A model generated the notes under the pieces. That model worked only from the letters and a program-made list of their open reading frames with translations. It did not search any database and was not told the DNA's origin. A stretch of 64,000 nt of DNA, from NCBI GenBank assembly GCA_038496445.1, contig JALMLS010000061.1, positions 1 through 64,000 on the forward strand. Direction: 5' to 3'. The translations under genes and the position numbers were made by a program. Positions 51,595-61,465 of this stretch are shown piece by piece. Origin of the DNA: Trichosphaerium sp. ATCC 40318. Taxonomy: Eukaryota; Protista; Tubulinea. Position 1 is the first letter of the stretch; every line of letters starts with the position of its first letter.

Positions 51595-53899
51595 ATGGCG
51601 CTACAACAAACATTAATAGTCGAATTCGCGCTTGTACTTTGCTTCTGTATACCTAGCGATTGTGTAGAATTAAAATCTTCGTGCGTTTGGAACAACCAGG
51701 TTTACAGGCTGTATAAGTTTACAGATGATACCAAGAACGCATCTTGCCCATCAGGTAAGAGATTGTAAAAGCTAGATCTTTTTTTAGTTGGCATAGACGG
51801 CAATCTTGTGTAACTTCTTCCCAAAAGGATCAACTCCGATGGTTATAAATAGTGCATTAGAGGCTTCTGTAATGTCTTTATTTCCTGTGCGTATTATTTG
51901 AGAACGTACAATTCTCCTTGATTTTCGGTAGCGCTAGTAATCCCAAATGAATCATTTTTCTCCGTCCATATTTAGTCCCTTTTAAGCTAAATTTTAGGGC
52001 TTGGTATCACGTTTGTTCTTATTTTTTAACTCTAGGATCTACGTGTTGAAGGAAATGTTGTTAACGGAGAATGGCTGTGGAGTGATGATTCGCCTGCTCA
52101 CAGAAGTATTACCACACACGAATTTCCTAACAGAGTGTGTGACAACTACGCTGCTTATAAAGATGGGGTACAATTTAATAGCGACTTGCATTTTACCGTT
52201 TCCGTATCACGTGAGATACATAAATAAGCGCAATTTTTTTTGTTTGATTGACTGTGTTTAGGCTTTGGATAATGGATGTGACGCGAATCACTTTGTATGA
52301 TAAGATTACCTGCAATGTAGTACTTATATCTTAATAGGTTTGTGAAGATACGGCTCCATATAACAATCTGAACGTTAGTAAACCGTGCGTTGATGTGGTG
52401 CAAAATGTGCCATGTGTTGACTTTCAAGGCACGAAATACCTGGTGTAAATAGTGTGAATAATCCTTTGTTAACCTTGCTCCTAAGGTCACTGCTATACTT
52501 CAAATATATCTACAGATGCGCTGCCGTTCATTAAGGGCCAAGGTATGATACATTAAAGTGATGCTTTTCACTAGTCAAAAGCGACAAGCGTTTTGTAAAA
52601 ACGCAACTCAACAAGTTTATTTCATAAAGGATTATGTATGAAACACGGAGGATATATGGTGACTGTTAACTCAATGGAGGAATACGTTTTTGTTAATACA
52701 TCAAGACAATCAAAGAATGTTTGGATAGGGCTAACAAGCCTGTTTGACGATAATGTAACACAGTTTTCATGGGTACATTGTTTTTGATTGGAAGTTCAGC
52801 GCTGAAAACTTTTTGTCAAAATAACGTTAGTATGTGTTATTGTTTATTGCCTGGGTGGACTTATCAGGCGCAAATAAGGCCGCTTGGCGTTAGTATGTGT
52901 TTTTTTGCGATAAGTTCACTTATTGGTTAAGCAGCAAAGACAACACAATTACCTCATTTTCTTCGTTTTAAAGTCACAATAATCTTTGACAATATCAACT
53001 TATCTTCAAAACCGACTGATTTACACTATAATATAGGACATAACGGAAGAAGAAATAACGTTTGGTAGTAATTTCAACAATGCACCATGGAAAAAATATC
53101 AACCAGATAATAGGAACGACTTAGAGCATTGTATTGTGTGGTACAGTTTTTGACATGTATACATTGTTGATAAGATTGTTAGGTCTGATATTGGATGGGA
53201 AGATTGGCCCTGTTACTACGATAGAGGAAATGTGCGAGGCAAGTTTGTTCCACTATGTGAGATTGATAGCAAGCTCAGGGTTTACGGTACATCTACATAA
53301 CTATTCCATTTCTCACTAACTTGGACAACAGGTGACTTTACACCTTCATCAAGCACTGTAGAGTTTACTACCATAGTAGTTACTGGTACTACTGTTTGCC
53401 GTCATGTAGCTTCACATGGCTTTTTTATGTCTTAAGCTTCTTATTAACAGATGTTAGGTAATGTTACGCTTTCAAACACAATGCTAGTTCCGCTAAAGAA
53501 TGAGACAAAAATAGTAGTTAGTGGTTGCTTTCAAGGCTCTTTTACTATTGATGCATCTGGACTACCAGCACGTTCAACCAAAATCAAACAACTGATTCTA
53601 ACATGTGGAACATTCAGGAATTCCACTTGCAAATACAGCATGCCAAGAGCTGTGAAGAGATATCAAATCCACGTGTAATGTTATACAAAAATCAGTGCTT
53701 AGAAACCATACGATCCTCTTCAAGTCTAAAAGATGTGTTTAGCTTTGGATCAAGGTCATGTAATAAGAAGAAGAAGAAGAGTAGCTTTCCTTTATGGTAT
53801 ATATGGATCATATTAGCAGCGTTGATGGTGTTTGTTATTGTTGTGGCTGCTATTTATGTGTTGTTCTTTTATCACACTAAACACAAAATAGTTGCTTAA
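51595..53899 (+). CDS. Type I membrane protein with two C-type lectin-like domains
   Basis: Signal peptide; GEWLWSDDSP; CWIGLT..FSW..PWKKYQPDN..EHCIV..WEDWPC..LCE; TM WYIWIILAALMVFVIVVAAIYVLFF. Confidence 0.75.
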
Positions 53900-54562
53900 T
53901 CAAATGTGAGTTGAACATAGCAAGAAGAATGAAAAGACTTCGGGCTGTATTGCAAAAGTAAACCAATAAAGATTTGCCAGAAGCTAGGTTTTTTAATCAA
54001 TCTTAGTTCTTCGCTATCTATCTCATCGTCATGTTTGTTATTGTATTTATGGCGTTCACAGTATAAGAACTAACGAGAGGTTGTATCAAACAACAAGTTG
54101 TACAAAAGAAAAAGTTAAACCTCCTAATGTCGCTTTGGACTTAGGTTCAGACAAAAAAACAAACCCTTACAACAAGGCTATACACTCTGTATGTTATCAC
54201 TTCCTACAACTTTCTTACAAATCCGACATGTTCTAGTTTCAAATCCGTCAACTTCAAAATGTTGTTTGAGATAATCTTGTTCTTAATTTACTACTTTGTA
54301 CACTTCCTAATCAACAGTTGTACCTATCACCGGAAAAAATAAATCCCGATACGACGTAAGTCCTATGGATCTGAACTGAGGAAGGGCAAAGCAGCAGGTG
54401 TGGTTTAAATCCTAGGTACATTCAACCTCCACGTACAAACTTTGAACAAAATGGTTAGAAGCACATGCTCAATGGTTAAAGGTAACTAATTTGTTTTCAT
54501 TTATTCCGTTTGTATACAAATCAATAACAAGTGTACTATGATAAGTCTGGACGGCAGTACTG

Positions 54563-55507
54563 TTATATAATGAAATTTGCGTTTACTATCTGTGCACCGG
54601 CTGCCTGGACACCCTCTTTTGAAGTCAAGGAGCAACCATACAGGGTTATAGTGTGTACACCTGCGAGCGCCTTCACACCTTCATCTGTTACCTTGGTAAA
54701 TGATAAATCTATTTCATGTACACCAGATAGCGCCTTGATGCCCTCATTTGTTATTGATTTACATCCATACAGCTTGATAGTGTGTACACCTTTCAAGGCT
54801 TTCACACCTTCATCTGTTACCTCTGTGTCTTGTAGATCAATCGTATGTACACCAGCCAATGCTTTAATGCCTTCATCTGTTACCTTGGTAAATGATAAAT
54901 CTATTTCATGTACACCAGATAGCGCCTTGATGCCTTCATTTGTTATTGATTTACATCCGTACAGGTTGATAGTGTGGACACCTTTCAAGGCCTTCAAAGC
55001 TTTGTCTGTTACCTCTGTAAATGATAAATCAATGTCATGTACTCCTGCCAATGCCTTGATGCCCTCATGAGTTACATTGCAGTTATGCAAATTGATAGTG
55101 TGTACACCTGCTAACGCCTTCAAACCTTCGTCTGTTACCATAGTTGACGATAAATCAATGTAGTGTACACCAGCCAATGACTTGATGCCTTCATCTGTAA
55201 ATAACCCACAACTATACAAATAGATTGTATGTACTCCTGCTAGTAACCTCAACTGATTGTCGTTTACATCACTATAGTGAAAGAAATGAATGGGTGTATT
55301 CTTCAATAATTGACTGCCAGAAAGCATCATCACCTCGGTACTACTTTCAACACTAATTATACCATATCCCACGTGGTTATGGATAATATCCCGCAAGAAG
55401 CGGCAAGTTTGCGCGGAACGAAGTGTAAAAGTGCCTTGTTTGAGAATATGAACTATTATTTCAACAGGGAGAGCGAGAAGGTTCTGGCTAACCTCTTCTT
55501 CATTCAT
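54563..55507 (-). CDS. Intronless F-box/LRR protein (LAGVHTIDL repeats)
   Basis: LLALPVEIIVHIL..SAQTCRFL..VGYG is shared with the 45853-47478 paralog. About 11 LRRs, with a near-exact 192-bp internal duplication. Confidence 0.9.
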   Translation of the reverse strand: MNEEEVSQNLLALPVEIIVHILKQGTFTLRSAQTCRFLRDIIHNHVGYGIISVESSTEVMMLSGSQLLKNTPIHFFHYSDVNDNQLRLLAGVHTIYLYSCGLFTDEGIKSLAGVHYIDLSSTMVTDEGLKALAGVHTINLHNCNVTHEGIKALAGVHDIDLSFTEVTDKALKALKGVHTINLYGCKSITNEGIKALSGVHEIDLSFTKVTDEGIKALAGVHTIDLQDTEVTDEGVKALKGVHTIKLYGCKSITNEGIKALSGVHEIDLSFTKVTDEGVKALAGVHTITLYGCSLTSKEGVQAAGAQIVNANFII

Positions 55508-56343
55508 TTTGCTTATAAACTCCCGAAACGTGGCTATGTTTGTTATTGTGTTATTGTTTGATGATTGACTTAAAATTGGTTTTTAAGTTTGGAGACAGGC
55601 TGACTTTTAGCAATGTTCTACCTGATCTGACGGATCTGACAAAACTTTTAAATCTCACATATTTAAATATGATCTTCCCCTGTGCTTGTCAAACTGAAAT
55701 TTTTTTGAGAATCCAACCGTTTCAAACCACGTGATGAAACCAGCCCATGCGTAGATGATGCACATGGGTTAACATAATAATCAACTAATATGATATCCAT
55801 ACAACTCAATGTTAACAAGTAATATGATTTCACAACGAAGTATTATAAGAACGCTTCATGACTTTCAGTTTTAGTTTTGTATTTGTTTTGGTTTCTACAC
55901 GTGCTTCATGGTTACTTTTGTAGAACGACGCATGTAATAAAACCATTCCCACTCAATGAGAAATGTATAAAATAGCAAACCGAAAGCATTTGCTAGTTCA
56001 ACTGCAGCAAAAGCTGTTTGTCCATCAATAAATGCATTAACATCTGCCTCTACAGTTCAAATGTTAACAGACAACTTTGAATATGAGATTAAAACATGCG
56101 TTCTGTTCTATACAAATGCGTCCACAGCAGTTGGACTTCAGCAAGACTCTTGATGGTACAATTCTACCACAAGTTCTAACGGTATAACACATGAACTACA
56201 GGTGACTTAGTACAGTTGACACTGTCAATGAAATGGAAATACGACTACATGTCGAAACACAAAAATGGAAAAAAAACTACGATTTACAAGTTCTAAGTTG
56301 GAATTACTCTGCCTTATGTAATAGACACACCTCTAAAACTAAC

Positions 56344-57688
56344 ATGAATAAAGCCTTCTACGTTCTAGATGGAGGTATGGGCCGCGAACTCAAGGTACAG
56401 TAGCGGTATCTTGGACATAACATTCTTTTGTTGTAAAAACCTCGTAACATAAACTAGTTGGCCTAGTTTTCGCTTGTTAAGTTGTTTAGGCTCGTGATCC
56501 AGCACTTTGCGATGATCAAATATGGGCCGCAGCTGCGCTCTTAAAAAACCCTGACGCTGTTGTTAAAGTTCATGAAGATTACATAGCCGCAGGAGGTACA
56601 ATAATAGATACAGTTTTAGATGTTTTTGTTGAACATTACACGTGATTAATTTTTCCCTGAGCCGATATCATAACAACGTCAAATTATGCCGCTACGCCGT
56701 TTTATTTGTCTAGAGTGAAAAAGGAAGATTCTGTTGGTTCTCTCACTGCTCTCGCTTCCTCATGTGCAGTAAAGGCGCGTTTGAACGCAAAGAGCAACGT
56801 GCTCATAGCTGGTACGGAATTCGTTTGGGTTTTTGCGTTTTACCAATTGTACACAATACTGATAATTGCCTCAAGGCAGCCTACCACCATTATCTGCATC
56901 TTACCGTCCTGATAAAATGGTGCCTGTACCAGAGATGAGAGCTACATACGATGTGGTACGTTTTTTTGGAGTTATTTCACCTGTTTATCAAAAATCACGT
57001 GATAATTAGTTTGTACACTTAGCGGTACTTTAATTGACAAAAGAGCTAGATTGCATCTAATTTAGCTAAAGACAGCGACCTATTTATAGTAGAAACAATG
57101 TCTCATAGCACAGAAATACTTGAAGCGCTAAACGCTGGATACAAGCACGCTCAGGGTAAACCAATACTTTTGAGCATAACACTTGACGATGAGGATCCAT
57201 GTATGACAATATATTGATACTCTCTACAGTACTAACAACTTATATTTGTTGCAGCTTTCCTTACACTACAGGGACAAAGTTTGAAAGAGGCATTGACGAA
57301 GATTGAAAACGAGTTTGGTTTCAATAGGATTTCTGGTTTGCTTGTTAATTGTTGTGCCATCAAATCTATAACAAGTGCTGTACCTGTGCTTAAAGAAGCT
57401 ATAAAAGGGAAAACATGTCATATAGGAGCTTATGCGAATGCATTTATGCCACTGAAAGTAGACACAACGTATGCTGGAACAGGATTTAGAGATTTGCAAG
57501 AAATCTCAATTGTGCGTTTTGTTAGACATGTTTTCACTCGGTACTTTTTGTTCATGCTTAAGGTACTTCTCTAGGACGATTACTTTGCTGTTTCAAAGAA
57601 ATGGAAAGAAGAGCAAGGGTTTAGTATTATTGGAGGATGTTGCGGTATTGGTCCTAGCCATATAAAAGAGATTGCAACACTTAAATAA
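56344..57688 (+). CDS. Homocysteine S-methyltransferase family protein
   Basis: VLDGGMGRELK, WAAAALL..VHEDYIAAGADIITTSNY, IAGSLPPL..SYRPD, FIVETMS, LVNCC, GAYANAF and IIGGCCGIGPSHI (Zn ligands). Confidence 0.93.
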
Positions 57689-57949
57689 AAAACAACCGCT
57701 ACATTAAAATAGCTTTGATGGTAAACAGTTATATTGTTATTATCACCCTTGCCACTCAAATTACAGCTACATCCAATTGAAACGGCCTAACCGGTGACTT
57801 ACCAAAACCACTAGAACAAGCCATTAAGTTACTAAGTTTACAAGCTATTGAAATTTGGGTAAGCGAGAAACATGAGCTTACCTTACTAATAGATGATTGA
57901 TATAAAAAAATGTGTTGAGATAACTCTTTTTTATTCATATTTGGTTGGT

Positions 57950-59619
57950 TTACAAGTTTGAATACTCGTCAACAATCTTGCCAGCAGGTTTGATCCAGTA
58001 GATTTCACTTGTTTTAGTACCACCCAACATGCTATGTGGGAAAGGTACCTTGTAGTCAACAACCTTGGACAAACGTTCCATATGGTCTAATCATGGAAAA
58101 TCACGTGTTAGTTACAAACTCTTTTCTCAAAAAGATTAAGAAAGGGTACCTTTAGTGAGTCTGAATTTACTCTCCAAAGCACCAATGTTATCCTTCAAAT
58201 GACGAACTTTTGAAATACCAACAAGAGCAGATGTGATACCACGTTGTTGGAGTACCCAGTTCAATGCAACTTGAGAAGGTGTACATTCGAGTTCTTTTGA
58301 GATTTTAACAAGTTCGTCAGCAATATCGTAGTCCTTCTCGCTCATTTGAACCATCCTTTGACCTTCTCCTGCCTGTATCATAATTTAGTACATGGTTCTC
58401 CGACTATTATAAGGATGTACCTCTTGTCCACGTAAAAATCTTCCAGTATACTTTCCAGCACCAAGTACAGACCAAGGTACACCGCCAAGACCCATTTGAA
58501 GAGACATTGGGATTACGTCAGCTTCAAAATCTCTATTTCCCACATTGTAGAGTCCTTGGTAGGCGATAAACTTACTAAGAAAAAAAATCAAAACGTCAAG
58601 AACATAGAAGCCAGGTAGGAACTGTATAAGAGTGCACGTACGTCCATCCATATTTATCAGCGATGGCTTGAGCATAAGAAACAACCCAAGCTGGTGTATC
58701 AGACACAGCAATGTATCGAACTTTACCAGAACGAACCTACAACGAACATGTTAAATACAAATTCTTCAGCTTTATTTTCCGTCTCGACACCAAAAGGGAT
58801 TACTTACCAAAGTGTCCAAACCACGCATTACTTCTTCGATAGGTGTGGTGTAATCCCATATGTGTACATATAGAACATCCTAAAAGAAGCATTAGCACGT
58901 GAATGTTTCAACAAAAGATGTTGCTTGACGTACAATGTATGATGTTTTAAGTCTCTTCAATGACAAATCTATTGAGTACATCATGTTCTTTAAACCGTTT
59001 CCAGCATGGTTAACATTCACTGGAACACCGAAAACTGGTGCGCTAAACTTGGTGGCAATGACAAGCTACGAATAAGAGAATGAGACCAAGTACATATGAG
59101 AACTTAAAAAAAATTTCTTGTCCAATTCGGTCCACATGTAGCTATGTTCTTTGGCGCCGAAAAGTGCAATGCGGACGATTAAGTGGGTTTTTAGGTTGTC
59201 GAAAGTTTTACGCCAAGATTTTCTCCGTGCGTACCTCTTCGCGGTTACCGGCTTCTTCCATAAATTCGCCCAACCACTCCTCAGATTGTCCGTTTTGGTA
59301 ATTGACTGCGGTATCAAAGAAATTACCACCTTCAGCAATGAAATGGTTAAAAACCTTCTTGGCTTCTTCTTTCTCCATGTGGATACCTACAGATTTGTAT
59401 TAGATAGAGTTTGGCTGAAGATAAGAAAAACGTACCGAATCCTTTCCAATTTTGTCCCCAAGTCATTATACCCAAGCACAGAGGCGATACGCGAAGGCCT
59501 TGAAGTGGAAGTTAAGAAAATGAGCGCACTTCAAGTCGTGTCATACCTGATTTGCCAAGTAGACGGTACTCACTGAGTCCACTCTTACGTTCAGGATGTT
59601 TAAGCATTGCTCCGGCCAT
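57950..59619 (-). CDS. Aldo-keto reductase (aryl-alcohol dehydrogenase-like subfamily)
   Basis: YRLLGKSGLRVSPLCLG, GGNFFDTAVNYQNGQSEEWLG, LVIATKF, SLKRLKTSYIDVLYVHIWD, SGKVRYIAVSDTPAW, PWSVLGAG and SQVALNW. Confidence 0.95.
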
Positions 59620-60270
59620 TTTTGTTGTAGTTGTTGTAACTGTCGGGTGTTTTCAAAATAATGAAAAAACTTTTGGGTGATTGAAAATCACACATGGTTA
59701 AGTTACCTTTGTTGTTGGTAGCACTGTACCCAACAGCAAAAAGCACTATGTCGGGTGTTAATTGGATTAAGTCAGACATCTCAGCACTCTCGGACAAATA
59801 TTTGACCCTTTTTGTCTGGTAGCACTCTATTCCCACATAGCACTAGAAAGTAAGTATCATATGTGTTTGTCTTGTGCACCGGCGTTTATTTTGCCCGCTT
59901 TGACGTATTCGTTTTGCACGATGTGCACAAACGGAAAAAGCTTGCGAAAGTTAGATACATTCATATGTCGCTGAGTCAAAGTTCATCCAGGTTTAGTATA
60001 CAGGGCTGAAATAACACTACAAATGTTCGTACAAGTTACAACTCATGGCTAAAAGCACACATGTACTAATATAGGAATTTAATAAAACAAATTGACTGAA
60101 AATCAGTGTGATTTTTAATCGAGTTGGACTGTCATCTCAGGCTTTCACTCGATTTCGCTCATTTACAAGGCAATTTATTATTCAAAAGTAGACGTACAAC
60201 TAAGAATTTGCCTCGTAACGAAAGAAATGAGTCACTTATCTTTGTTTCTGTTTCGTACTGCCCAATTGTA

Positions 60271-61216
60271 TGGATACTGGACACTATGGTCAAGGCATAT
60301 ATTTCACAGTACGCTAAAAATAGTTGATTGCCATGTGCTCATATTCCCTTTTTTTACCCAAAAGAGGAGTATACAATATGCCTGTTCATACGACACTTCA
60401 GGAAAGGATGGAAAAACACTTATCTTGACCCTTTGTAACTCCTGAGAATGTATATCCTGTAAGTAAACTAGTTGGCTGCACAATAACCATTGCCATAGGT
60501 CAAACAACAAGAAAGCTTAAGAGGAATGCCAATAAAACCAGGCTATCAAAGCCATTACGTATTGGTAGATCGTTTAGGTAGGACTTTGAAAGAAGATAAC
60601 CTCTCAGAGACAAGAAAGTTGCCAATGCAGTCTATGATGAGCTTGTTGTTTCGCAAGGTACTAGCATATAAAATGTCATTACATTAACTGTTTATGATTA
60701 GATACTCAAGCTATCGCACGTTATAAAGTAAAACGGAAAGAGATCAACAGGCAAAAGAAGAAAAAAATTGAACGAAAAGATAAGAAGAAGAAAGGTAACC
60801 AAAAAGAAGATAAAGTCGCAGAAATAGATTCAGATGATGAACTCTCCGGCACAGACGATGACAATTTTATTTCAAATAGGTATTAAATACTGTAATGGCC
60901 TACCTTTAACTTTAAAGCGTCACTGTCTAGAAAACTATGGGGTTCTAATATGGACAACTGACGAACAACGATCACCTAAAAATGTTGAGGTCGAGATAGA
61001 AGTAGAATCACAGGAAGCAATCCATGACATTGAGAAAGTAAATAAGGTCAATGTAAGCTTAGATGAGAATTTAGCTAAACCTAAAACAAAGCAAGAAAAA
61101 CATATTGCCGCCTTAACAGCAGAAATTGCAAAATTGACAGAGAGTGTAGCCAATAGCAGGAGCGCAATGCGTCTCTATTAGCCAGACTAGCTCAAAATGA
61201 AAGTCCAACACAGTAA
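60271..61216 (+). pseudogene. Inverted, 5'-truncated, frameshifted copy of the PARP-domain 3' region of the neighbouring gene
   Basis: 60271-60660 is the reverse complement of about 62383-62005, including one near-identical intron. It starts after the HGT motif, and an extra T in ACCCTTTGTAACTCCTGA gives an early stop. Confidence 0.78.
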
Positions 61217-61465
61217 CCACTATGATAGTAGTGCTCGACAAACTAGATAAATAAAACAAATTGCATTGTAAAATATGTTAATGGACTTGACCTAAATCAC
61301 GTGATGGCTGGGTTTTCTTATTTATACGTAAGGTATTAGTACGATCAAAGTTTTCGCTTAACGTTCGCTGTGGTAGCAAGTATTAATACGCTTTGGGAAT
61401 GGCAGTAAAAAAGAAGAGTGTAAAAAAGATAATCTATTTAAAACAGCAGAGCTCACAAAGCTACT

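Noticed and set aside
55660-56260. Possible small spliced minus-strand gene (EADVNAFIDGQTAFAAVELANAFGLL...)
   Set aside because: I could not build a consistent start-to-stop model. Similar unresolved fragments at 8800-9200, 26850-27300 and 38700-38930 were also left uncalled.
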